From Candidatus Yanofskybacteria bacterium RIFCSPHIGHO2_01_FULL_44_24 (lineage in GTDB: Bacteria > Patescibacteriota > Minisyncoccia > 2-02-FULL-40-12 > GWA2-44-9), in contig MGJK01000002.1 in the NCBI GenBank assembly GCA_001794215.1, positions 3,310-67,309 of the forward strand: a stretch of 64,000 nt of DNA, read 5' to 3'. Made by a program: the position numbers and the translations under genes. The first letter of the stretch is position 1. Every line of letters starts with the position of its first letter. The notes under the pieces are model-generated. The model worked only from the letters and a program-made list of their open reading frames with translations. It was not told where the DNA came from and made no database searches. Of this stretch, positions 30,371 through 39,119 are shown in pieces.

Positions 30371-31945
30371 TCAGGAAGAGATTTGATAGTTTTTTCTAAT
30401 CTTGGGCGTTACCCAGAAGCCCAAGTATTTTCCCAGCATAAGGCGGGTCTGGGCTTCTAATCCCGGAAGAGCCCCAAGACCGATGGTAGTGACTGGGAAC
30501 AGGAGCCATTGGAGAATCATCCATAGGTATTTGAACTTTCCGAATTTCGGAGGACGGGGCGGAAGGAGGATTATCGAAAGAACGGCCGAAGAGACCAATC
30601 CCAGCATGGCCAGGGTCATGATGGTTCTGGTGAGCTGGGGAAGATTGAATGAGAGAACGGTTTGGTTGAACGCCGCCCCGCCGACTATTACCGGCAGCCA
30701 CCCTAAAAGAAAGATTATAACCGCATTGGTAGCCCAAGAATGAAAGCCCTCGATGACCATAAAACCGTAGCGCCATTTTTTGGATAGTGGTATTTTTTTG
30801 TTTTTCATAAATCCAAACAAGAAATAAGGCACGTTTTCCACGCCGTAACCCCAGCGGCGCTGCTGCTTGTAAACGTTTTTGAAAGTTTCCCATGTCGTTG
30901 AAGCCACATTGGCGTCCATCGAGACCGGGTAATACAGGGGAACGACGCGGTAATCGCCGTCGTATCTTAAAAAGCATTGCCAAAAAATACGCGAATCTTC
31001 GGAAACCATGTTTTTTTGCCAGAATCCAACGTCGATAAGGGCCTGAAACGGCATCGAGTGAGAGGAAAAGGTAGTTGCCGTCTCATGCTTCTCTTGCTTG
31101 ATGGTGTGCCAGAAGGTGGCCGAAAAGGCGACGACTCGGGCGAATGACGGTGCTTCCCATATGTTATTTATATAAAGCGGAACCGGTTGGTAGGATGATC
31201 TGAGGGGCTTTTCGGTAGTTAGGTAAGTATATGTCAGAACTCCAAAATACTCAGGGAATATAACCGTATCGACATCGAGATTGGATACTATAATGTTTGC
31301 ATAGGGAATGGCTTGGCGGTCGATGATTTCTCGTTTAACCCGCTCTGCTCCAAAAGAAGTGTTAGATCCTTTTCCGGGTATTTCATTTTGAAGACTTGCA
31401 GGATGCATTACCGACGCCAACCGGAAAAATTTGTCCTTATATTCTACTTCTATGCGCCTTACCGTCTCAGCGGTGGCTTCCCCTCCCCTTTCTTCCCAGC
31501 ATAATATGACGGCCATTTTTGATTTGGGGTAATTGCTTTTTAAAAGCCCGTCCATCGTGGCCGAGACTATCGGATAGCCCTCCTTGTAAATGGGCAGAAA
31601 GATAAAATGATAAATATCTTGCCAGGATTTTACAGACGAGAGCCTATAATCGGTAGTCGGCAGCTTGGTAAGGCGGTCGAGCCAGTCCACTTTTAGGTTT
31701 GTGCGCAAACGATTGTAAGAAACTCTCAGGTGGAAAGACAGATAGATTGTTTTGGTAAGCCAATAGACGTCGAATATTATTATAAAAAGAGCCATCAGGA
31801 CTGGTGCAAAAAAAGAGAGGAGAACGATTAATATTAGTGTCAGCCAAGCTAAAGTCCCCTGCATTGTTTCCAGTAGCCTGTAAAGGAATCTATCCCGAGA
31901 GACTGTAAGGTCCGCAGCCCTGCCTATATGGAGGTATTCCTGCAT
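30371..31945 (-). CDS. Membrane glycosyltransferase family 2 (processive type)
   Basis: LPIYKE, PGKGSN, DVD, SED, QQRRW motifs; multiple TM helices. Confidence 0.9.
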   Translation of the reverse strand: MQEYLHIGRAADLTVSRDRFLYRLLETMQGTLAWLTLILIVLLSFFAPVLMALFIIIFDVYWLTKTIYLSFHLRVSYNRLRTNLKVDWLDRLTKLPTTDYRLSSVKSWQDIYHFIFLPIYKEGYPIVSATMDGLLKSNYPKSKMAVILCWEERGGEATAETVRRIEVEYKDKFFRLASVMHPASLQNEIPGKGSNTSFGAERVKREIIDRQAIPYANIIVSNLDVDTVIFPEYFGVLTYTYLTTEKPLRSSYQPVPLYINNIWEAPSFARVVAFSATFWHTIKQEKHETATTFSSHSMPFQALIDVGFWQKNMVSEDSRIFWQCFLRYDGDYRVVPLYYPVSMDANVASTTWETFKNVYKQQRRWGYGVENVPYFLFGFMKNKKIPLSKKWRYGFMVIEGFHSWATNAVIIFLLGWLPVIVGGAAFNQTVLSFNLPQLTRTIMTLAMLGLVSSAVLSIILLPPRPPKFGKFKYLWMILQWLLFPVTTIGLGALPGLEAQTRLMLGKYLGFWVTPKIRKNYQISS

Positions 31946-31984
31946 CTTTATTATGAAACCACAAAAATCCAATGAAAAAAAGGC

Positions 31985-33451
31985 CTATTCGGCCTTTTCT
32001 GTAAACTCGAACTCCACATTGTCTTTATTCACGGAAGCCCTAATTTTGCCGGAAAATTTCGGACGTCGATAAAGCTCTCTTGCTAACGGCCGTTTCAGTA
32101 TCGATTTGATCTTATGGTTCAGCAGTCTTGCTCCAACCTCCGGCCGATGCGCGCTTTTATCAAGTATATGCTGTTTTACGGCCCCATCTATATCGAGGCT
32201 GATTCCCTTGTCAAGAAGATTTTGACAGAAAAGTTCGACCTGGTCGTTGACTATTTGGAGAAGGACGGCTTTAGACAGTGGTCTGAAAACAACTACATCA
32301 TCCAACCTTCCGCGAAATTCCGGAGGAAATGTTTTTTCAAGCTCCTTCTCGGCTATTCCGAGGATTTTGTTTTCCAAATTCTCTAAGCCATCTTCTGTAC
32401 ATTCGGTTCTATCGGAAGAACTGCCCGATCTGGTCTGACCGAATCCGATCGATCGGCCCTTTAGAATATCACCCATAGTTCTCGCACCGACATTAGAAGT
32501 GAGAATGATGAAGCTGTTCCTAAGGTCGCTCTCTATCCCGTTAGCCAAGGTTACCTTGCCGTCTTCCATGATTTGAAGAAGCAATCTATGGATAGCCGGA
32601 TCAGCTTTTTCAATTTCATCAAAAAGGATTATTGCCATCGGGTCTTCGTTTTCAACGTCTTCATCGGCAGGTGTAAGCAGTTTGGGATTAAGCCGGCTCA
32701 GCTCCATATCGATATCGGATAGTTGCCATATAACCTGAGATTCTTTGATCCGCAACTCAACCGCCATTCTGCTGAATTCGGATAACTCTATTTCGGTCAT
32801 TTTGGTCAGGGCCTCTATGTCCCGCATGTCTATATTGGGCTTATGAGGAGGATCTCTTCGGTCCGCATTCATATTGCGGGAAATGTCAAAATAAAATTCC
32901 AGAGCGTCTCTTATCAAAAGAAGATCATTATTCAGGGTCATAATTTTTTCCTGATTTTTTTGAAATTCTCTTCTCAGGCCTTTTAGCTCTCTGAGCAACT
33001 CCATTTTTAAGCCCAATAACTTCTGAACTCTTGGATCCGGGTTATCAGCTTTCGGATTGACATCTCGTCCGTTCTTAAATATTACCTCGGGAGACAGAAG
33101 CGGTTTGTTGTCGAAGCCGATATAGCTTGGCGGAGCGCCAAGGAGAGTCTGAATAGTGTGGGGCTGGCTTAGCGTTTCACATTCTATTTTCGTTAAAGCA
33201 TCTTCGCTGCCAAAGTAAAACTCTGCCAAAGCGCGAGCTGTCTCCGTCTTCCCGACTCCGCTGGGACCCAAGAACAGTACGACGCCCACCGGTCCTCTTT
33301 TTTTAGTCTCTATTTTTCTGTTAAGCACTTCATTGTCTTGGATCAGGTTTGCAACGGTATAGACAGCCTTGGGTTGACCCCGAACTCTCTTAGATAAGTG
33401 GTCTTTAAGGCGTTCAATCTCGTTTAGAAAGTCATTACCACCCATAGACAC
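31985..33451 (-). CDS. Single-module Clp/Hsp100 AAA+ ATPase (ClpA/C D2-like) with coiled-coil insert and IGF loop
   Basis: GPSGVGKT, LLGAPPSYIG, IILFDEIEKA, IILTSNVG..SIGF, FPPEFRGRLD, GARLL. Confidence 0.88.
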   Translation of the reverse strand: MSMGGNDFLNEIERLKDHLSKRVRGQPKAVYTVANLIQDNEVLNRKIETKKRGPVGVVLFLGPSGVGKTETARALAEFYFGSEDALTKIECETLSQPHTIQTLLGAPPSYIGFDNKPLLSPEVIFKNGRDVNPKADNPDPRVQKLLGLKMELLRELKGLRREFQKNQEKIMTLNNDLLLIRDALEFYFDISRNMNADRRDPPHKPNIDMRDIEALTKMTEIELSEFSRMAVELRIKESQVIWQLSDIDMELSRLNPKLLTPADEDVENEDPMAIILFDEIEKADPAIHRLLLQIMEDGKVTLANGIESDLRNSFIILTSNVGARTMGDILKGRSIGFGQTRSGSSSDRTECTEDGLENLENKILGIAEKELEKTFPPEFRGRLDDVVVFRPLSKAVLLQIVNDQVELFCQNLLDKGISLDIDGAVKQHILDKSAHRPEVGARLLNHKIKSILKRPLARELYRRPKFSGKIRASVNKDNVEFEFTEKAE

Positions 33452-33504
33452 CCCAGTTTATAAAGGAGCTTATTGCAGTATATCCATGAGAAATAAAAAA
33501 TCAA

Positions 33505-33576
33505 CCCCGTTAGAGGTAGCCTCGCCAAGGTTCTTCGGACTCACGCCCCTGGGCGTGAGCGAGACCTCTAACGGGG
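33505..33576. repeat. Palindromic element (CCCCGTTAGAGGT...ACCTCTAACGGGG)
   Basis: 13-bp terminal inverted repeat with internal hairpin CTCACGCCC/GGGCGTGAG. Confidence 0.75.
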
Positions 33577-33614
33577 CTAACCCCGCTTTCCATTGGAAGT
33601 ATTCTCATACTTCC

Positions 33615-33639
33615 AAAAAAAGAACCCGTTTTCGGGTTC
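33615..33639 (-). terminator. Intrinsic terminator after the Ubl gene
   Basis: Minus strand GAACCCG-aaaa-CGGGTTC-TTTTTTT. Confidence 0.75.
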
Positions 33640-33649
33640 ATGGGGTCGA

Positions 33650-33931
33650 TTAACCTCCAGAAAGGCGAGGCGCAATCGTTACCGTGGACGGCTGGACCAG
33701 TATAGGATTTTCCTTCAGCTCGCCCTCATGGTGGTTGATCAATCTTGAGTTGAGCAGAATAGAATGTCCGGCCAAGTTCAGACCGGGATGGGTCTTTAGA
33801 AACTTTTTCAGCAGGTCTGATAGCCGAGCGCCCGGCTCCAAGCTGACCTTCTCGGGCTTGCCGCCTATAGTGACGGTGTGTTCAAGCTCTTTTGTGCTTG
33901 GATTTCTATCCTTCGGTTTCTCTGTCTCCAT
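33650..33931 (-). CDS. Ubiquitin-like (beta-grasp) protein with free C-terminal GG
   Basis: Beta-grasp pattern (VTIGG..VSLEPGARLSDLL..ILLN..TVTIAPRLSGG-stop); strong SD AAGGAG. Confidence 0.85.
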   Translation of the reverse strand: METEKPKDRNPSTKELEHTVTIGGKPEKVSLEPGARLSDLLKKFLKTHPGLNLAGHSILLNSRLINHHEGELKENPILVQPSTVTIAPRLSGG

Positions 33932-33956
33932 TGATTCTCCTTCTCCCCTCTCGTTT

Positions 33957-34613
33957 TTATATTATCTCTTTTTTATCCGTTTTTACAAGGGGAAGATCTT
34001 CGAAGTTGACGACTACTTCGAGGAATTTATCTCGAAAACTATCGTCCTTTTTGATAAGAATAAGAATTTTAGCCACAGCCGCCGCTACCGCCCAAAGAGC
34101 AGGCACTGTTTCTATTGTGGCACAGGCCGGGTTGAGGACTCTTTTATCGGAATACAGCATCTGTGCGTATTGGCTGATTGAACCTTGCTGGCGGGGGTTA
34201 AAAGCATAAACATAAGCCGTATTTCCACCCGTACGGGCCTCAATATAGTAAGAAACTGAAGCATCGTTTTTACAGGCTTCAAAGATTTCCCTTCTGGCGG
34301 CCATACTGTCCACCATTACGATGACTATTCCTCGCAGACGTAAAATGTCGCTTTGGTTTATTTTCACCGGCTCGGTTTTGATATTTTTTTCAGTCAGCAG
34401 GTAGACAATTTTCTTGAGCGAGTCTGCTTTCAAAGATCCGGCATCGGATAATCTGTAGAGCTGGTTATCGGTGTTATGGGATTCTACCTTGTCGTGGTCG
34501 AATACCTCGATTTCGCAGCCTATGGCATGAGCTATTTTGCTTATTAGAAGAGCCTGGAAGCTTCCCAAGCTTCCCGCGCCTATCAGGGTGATCTTTTCAG
34601 TCATCATCGTCAT
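33957..34613 (-). CDS. E1-like ThiF/MoeB family activating enzyme
   Basis: IGAGSLGS, FDHDKVESHN..NQ, K-A-D-S-L, VDSMAAR, YIEART, candidate catalytic Cys in LYSD..NPAC. Confidence 0.88.
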   Translation of the reverse strand: MTMMTEKITLIGAGSLGSFQALLISKIAHAIGCEIEVFDHDKVESHNTDNQLYRLSDAGSLKADSLKKIVYLLTEKNIKTEPVKINQSDILRLRGIVIVMVDSMAARREIFEACKNDASVSYYIEARTGGNTAYVYAFNPRQQGSISQYAQMLYSDKRVLNPACATIETVPALWAVAAAVAKILILIKKDDSFRDKFLEVVVNFEDLPLVKTDKKEII

Positions 34614-35193
34614 TTCCGGAAGTTTTAACTGGTTTTACAATCTTTACTTTTTGCTTGATTATTTCCGACATTCTTTCCTCATTATCTTTCAGCAGTCGCT
34701 CCAGCATCGACGGTGACAATTTTTCTGTAAACTCAAATTCTCTTATCAGTGTTCTTAAAAGAGGTTCCGGCCTGTAACGCCATAGTTCCATGTAGACTTG
34801 GCACCTCTTGTTCACTACCATAGCCAGCCACCAGTCGTAGTCTTGGCCTATAAGCCTCATAGTTGAAAGGTCTTCGTCGCTCAAACCCACCCCGGACCAC
34901 ACATGACTATGCCACCAAAGTCTTGCCTCCTGAATTATATTTTCCTGGCCGGCTAAAACCATTTTTTCCTGCCAGAGAAGATAAGCCGTTTCGTCGAATG
35001 TAGTTTTCACGAGGCTACAGGTCTGATCAAATACGATCGGCTCCCCATGGATTACATAGATCGAATCTCTTTTTTCGATTTTGGCTAAGCCCGAGACTTC
35101 AACTTCGCACACCATGGCGGCAAGCATAATTTCCACAAAAGTTTTAGGTTCGAATACAATTCTTGCGTTCTTGGAATTTCCCAAGTTCATCAT
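34597..35193 (-). CDS. JAB/JAMM (MPN+) metallo-isopeptidase
   Basis: N-terminal Glu (EVSG) and HSH-x7-S-x2-D (WWHSHVWSGVGLSDED); ATGA overlap with the upstream gene. Confidence 0.85.
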   Translation of the reverse strand: MMNLGNSKNARIVFEPKTFVEIMLAAMVCEVEVSGLAKIEKRDSIYVIHGEPIVFDQTCSLVKTTFDETAYLLWQEKMVLAGQENIIQEARLWWHSHVWSGVGLSDEDLSTMRLIGQDYDWWLAMVVNKRCQVYMELWRYRPEPLLRTLIREFEFTEKLSPSMLERLLKDNEERMSEIIKQKVKIVKPVKTSGNDDDD

Positions 35194-37022
35194 AACCCGC
35201 CCCATTGCGGCGTATAGCCGGACTTTGGATTTAATATTCCGGATTCGACAATTTTTTTCGCCACCAATAAAATATCGGCCACTTCGCCGGATAACTGAAG
35301 TCTCGCTATTTCTTGTATGGCGTCGCTTAGGGATTTGTTTTCGAAAATCGGCAGTTTAGGATCGGCTCCATCGGCCGAGAGGATCACATGTTTTAAAGTC
35401 GAGCTTAGTGATCCAAAATGTAACTCGGGCGGAGATTCCGGCTGAAGTCTCAAGATATAACCGAGAACTTTTTGGAGCGTTTCTCCGGAAGATTGTTCCG
35501 AATGAAAATATACCTGCAACTCATTTGGGGTTACTTCTATCCCGAAAACACCAGGACCATCTAAAAGCTCGACTACCCCTAACTGGGCCATGTAGCCGAT
35601 CTTATCGAGCTTTTGTTCTAAAATTTTTCCGTTTTCCCAAGTTTCTATTGCCGCATGATGCAAAGAAACTCTTTCTTGCTGAAGAAACGCCATGTCGTCT
35701 TTGAGCTTGTTTATTTTGGCTTTTAATTCGTTGGATCGACGGGCAAAAAGCTGGGTGCGGTATACGTCGATGAAGTGATTTTTTTCCCTTATTTTTTCTT
35801 CCGGACTTGAGTAGGTATCGGTATCTTCTTCTCGATCCCAGTCTGAAGTTTTGCGCTGATTCGGAGTACTGCTTTCTTTGATTAGGAAGGTAATCAGTAC
35901 ATGAACTAAGGCGGCGATATCCAGATCAATCATCAGTTGCTGGATGTCTCTGTTAAGACCATTGGTATTGTCTGTGCCGAAGCAAGTGTTAGCGCCATCT
36001 CTTGCATGGATGTGCTCATAGGGTCCGCGGTAGCGTTTTTGCATAAATCTTATACCATTCAAGTCTTTTGATGCGGGGTCGATCATTATTTCGTATTTAC
36101 CGAGATCATATCTATGAGATTTTACAAGATCATTGTCCGGAACCTGAAATATTCTGCCGGTGCTTATGATTATCTTGGGAAGAGCGGTATCTTCGCCGAT
36201 TATCCTCACCGTTTCCACGGCCTCCATGGCCAATATCTTTTCAAATTCTGCCTCAAGGTTCGTTTCCGCCAATCTGGCTGTGACATTTTTTATGCGCTCT
36301 TCTGCATCGGCAAGCTCCAGAGCCCTTTTATAGTAGTCATATCTCCTTGTCAGGGTTTTAGCCGTCAGTTTTTCAAGTTCTTCGGAGTTCTTGGTTATCC
36401 TTTGGGTCATGAAATTAAGAAAGTATTTTCTCATTTCGGACTCGATATCTTTTCTGCCGTCCCCTTTTCTTATTTTTTGGCAATTCAGTTCTCCGAGCCG
36501 GCGGTACGAATCTTTCCAATCAATCGCTCCATCCATTCGGCCGGCATAAATTATATGGGGGAGGCTCCAGTACAAAATCCAGTTGAGCATTTTATAGTCT
36601 TCCGTATTAGAAACTCCCCCTAATACGCCCGGAAAAACATAAAGATCTCTTTGTAGGATCCAGCCGATCGTATAACCTTCCGGAGAATCGATCGGTATCC
36701 CGAAGTTAGCCTTAGCTTCTTCAAGCGAAGGAGATTCAGGAGACAGTTTCTGGCCAAAAAGCGTTTGCGGACGCCGTCTATTCTTCTGCTTAGACTTTTC
36801 CAGGTAGCTGTTTACGTGAATGTAGACGGTATTGTCGGCCGGATTTGATGTGCCTGAAAACATGCCGTTGGGCATGTCTATAGATAGTTTAATATTCAGC
36901 GCCGCGCCGATACGGTTTAGAAAATGCAGGAATTTTCGAAGACTCAGCGCGTCTTGAGGACTGGCGCAGTTTTCTTCGTTTACCGTAGCATGTTCAAATC
37001 CGCGGGAATCAGTCTCTTTCAT
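35190..37022 (-). CDS. Coiled-coil protein with tandem E2/UBC-like domains (first with Cys, second without)
   Basis: YDLGKYEIMID..PYEHIHARDGANTCFG resembles the prokaryotic E2 H-x-H..G..C-[LF]-G motif; internal duplication; first gene of the E2-JAB-E1-Ubl unit. Confidence 0.6.
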   Translation of the reverse strand: MKETDSRGFEHATVNEENCASPQDALSLRKFLHFLNRIGAALNIKLSIDMPNGMFSGTSNPADNTVYIHVNSYLEKSKQKNRRRPQTLFGQKLSPESPSLEEAKANFGIPIDSPEGYTIGWILQRDLYVFPGVLGGVSNTEDYKMLNWILYWSLPHIIYAGRMDGAIDWKDSYRRLGELNCQKIRKGDGRKDIESEMRKYFLNFMTQRITKNSEELEKLTAKTLTRRYDYYKRALELADAEERIKNVTARLAETNLEAEFEKILAMEAVETVRIIGEDTALPKIIISTGRIFQVPDNDLVKSHRYDLGKYEIMIDPASKDLNGIRFMQKRYRGPYEHIHARDGANTCFGTDNTNGLNRDIQQLMIDLDIAALVHVLITFLIKESSTPNQRKTSDWDREEDTDTYSSPEEKIREKNHFIDVYRTQLFARRSNELKAKINKLKDDMAFLQQERVSLHHAAIETWENGKILEQKLDKIGYMAQLGVVELLDGPGVFGIEVTPNELQVYFHSEQSSGETLQKVLGYILRLQPESPPELHFGSLSSTLKHVILSADGADPKLPIFENKSLSDAIQEIARLQLSGEVADILLVAKKIVESGILNPKSGYTPQWGGL

Positions 37023-37121
37023 TCCACATCCTTTTTAAGGAACGGGCTATAGAGCTTATATGATAAAAAAATTGTTTTTGCAACCTCGCCAAGGCTTTGA
37101 GGCAGCGATTTTAAAAACAAA

Positions 37122-37143
37122 AAACTCCGCATTTGCGGAGTTT
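37122..37143 (-). terminator. Intrinsic terminator after clpP-AAA
   Basis: AAACTCCGCA/TGCGGAGTTT inverted repeat followed by a T-tract on the minus strand. Confidence 0.75.
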
Positions 37144-37151
37144 GAATATGT

Positions 37152-39119
37152 CTAAGATAGCTTGGGCTTGGCGGTATTGCTTTCCGCCCCGATTATTCCA
37201 AGGCTCCTGGCCGCTTTATACCATCTGCCCTCTTTAGGGATAAATCTCAAGCTGTTACAGAATGAAAGGGCGAGTAGGGTCATCTGGTTATGGATTAGCA
37301 TATCTCTTGGCGGGATATAGTCGTTTAGGGCTTCAAGCAGGTGTTTTCCGGAGAGAGCTTCATTCATTCCGGCCGAGTTTGCAATAGCTCTCCTGATTAT
37401 ATTTTCAATCTGGCCGCCGGTGAAATAAATTTCATCTTCTCCGTCCTTGTCCATATCTAATGCCAACGAGTGAAATTCATCCGGGTCGCATTTACGAATT
37501 TCTTGACTAATAAGGTGGCAATGGGACATCCGGGCGAATTCTCTGACTAATTTAAGTTCGACTTCAGAGGTTTTCAGCGGAGAATTTGTCGCATCGGACA
37601 GGACGGCATATTTGTACAAAAGAGCTCCGACGATATCGACCCTCTCTTTGGCTGAAGGAGGGAAGAACGGTATCTTATCATCAAATCTTCCGTCTCTGAG
37701 CAGGGCCGGATCTATGAGGTCGGGCCTATTAGATGCCGCAATCCACATGACTTTCCCGCGCAAATTGGTATCGGACATGAACATGAATAATCTTCCCTGA
37801 AGCCTGTTATTGACCCCGGAGTCCCCCACTGGAGCCTCTGATCTCGTCTGCAGTTCTTGATCAATCTCATCCATAAACACGACCACCGGAGCAAGCACTA
37901 AAATCAATTCGAGGGCGAAGTCTAAGTTTCTTTCCGATTGTCCGACCCATTTTTCCCGGATATTCTTCAGGGTTACGAATGGAACTTCGGCTTCATATGC
38001 CACTGACTGGGCAAAAACAGTTTTGCCCGTTCCGGGAGCTCCGAGCAGAAGTACTCCGGTAGGTATTGAGGAAAGATTGCCCGCCCGCATGTGTTCCACG
38101 ACACGAGCGATATAACGCTTATGCTCGTCGAGGCCGCCTATCGCTTTTATTCCGCAGATCGGCCTGATTACCTCAACTAATCCTCCGGATTGTTCTTCGA
38201 TAAATTTTTTCTTTCTTTCAAACAGAACTCTGTGGGTTATCGGTTCGGATTTGTAAGATGATTCTTTGACCAGGCTCGTGATCGCATTTATGGACATTCC
38301 AGCAGAGTGTTGGGCGAAGGCTCGAACGTCTAAATTTCTCGATGTTTCTCGGCCTTTTAAAAGCCACCCATACAGGAGGGCTCTTTTTGTTTGATCCGGA
38401 AAGTCTATCTTCACCGGGACTATTCCATGTGTCTCCGATTCCAATTGATTCGCTACCGAAGTCAGGCCCTCGGTCAAAAGAAATAAGATATTCCGGGATA
38501 AGCGTATCGACTGATCTTTTGATATAGTCAGCAGGTATACAAGTGCGGATCGGTCGTCGGACGAAGAAGAATGGGCAGAATTCGGCGGTACGATTGTCTC
38601 AAGATATTCGAACACTGCTCCGAAGAACGGCTTATGGGATTTATCGGCCAAGAACTTTTTAAATTCTTCCGGTTCCCGATCTTCGCGTATCAGCTCTGAC
38701 ATCTCGGCTTTTTTATCAATAATTTTGGTGACGTCTTTCCAGCCGATTCTTAGCATGTGGGAGAAGAGCTTAAGAGCGTAGCCAAGAGAATGTCTTTTTG
38801 CATGAAATTCTTCAACGGCCTCGTTTCCCCCGCCTAATGCCGGCGGAAGTTTCTTTGATTTAACGATGGCCAAAAACTTGAGGAATTTTTCCTCCGATTT
38901 TTCACTGGCGAATCGGATACCCTCGCCTATGTTGTAAAAGGCGACGAACTCAGCCTCAGATAGCGGCGAATTATTCAAGATCAGGTCATTAATTGATTCG
39001 AGTCGGGTATTGCTCCCTCTCGATACTAAAAAGGCATCAGACACGTTCAGGTGCAGCAAGAACGTATGAGATGCCCCTGATTTGAATTTATTGTCAATTT
39101 CCTTGAGCCAGCCTTCCAT
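37152..39119 (-). CDS. Classical-clade AAA+ ATPase with degenerate N-terminal module (Ycf46/Cdc48-like)
   Basis: GAPGTGKT, pore loop KWVG, VFMDEID, SRH ASNRPDLIDPALLRDGRFD. Confidence 0.9.
   Translation of the reverse strand: MEGWLKEIDNKFKSGASHTFLLHLNVSDAFLVSRGSNTRLESINDLILNNSPLSEAEFVAFYNIGEGIRFASEKSEEKFLKFLAIVKSKKLPPALGGGNEAVEEFHAKRHSLGYALKLFSHMLRIGWKDVTKIIDKKAEMSELIREDREPEEFKKFLADKSHKPFFGAVFEYLETIVPPNSAHSSSSDDRSALVYLLTISKDQSIRLSRNILFLLTEGLTSVANQLESETHGIVPVKIDFPDQTKRALLYGWLLKGRETSRNLDVRAFAQHSAGMSINAITSLVKESSYKSEPITHRVLFERKKKFIEEQSGGLVEVIRPICGIKAIGGLDEHKRYIARVVEHMRAGNLSSIPTGVLLLGAPGTGKTVFAQSVAYEAEVPFVTLKNIREKWVGQSERNLDFALELILVLAPVVVFMDEIDQELQTRSEAPVGDSGVNNRLQGRLFMFMSDTNLRGKVMWIAASNRPDLIDPALLRDGRFDDKIPFFPPSAKERVDIVGALLYKYAVLSDATNSPLKTSEVELKLVREFARMSHCHLISQEIRKCDPDEFHSLALDMDKDGEDEIYFTGGQIENIIRRAIANSAGMNEALSGKHLLEALNDYIPPRDMLIHNQMTLLALSFCNSLRFIPKEGRWYKAARSLGIIGAESNTAKPKLS

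Noticed and set aside
33650-34613. Ubl and E1 as an ordinary ThiS/ThiF or MoaD/MoeB sulfur relay
   Set aside because: No thiamine, Moco or thiolation genes are adjacent, the E1 lacks the CxxC zinc motifs, and the unit includes JAB and E2-like genes. Disfavoured but not formally excluded.
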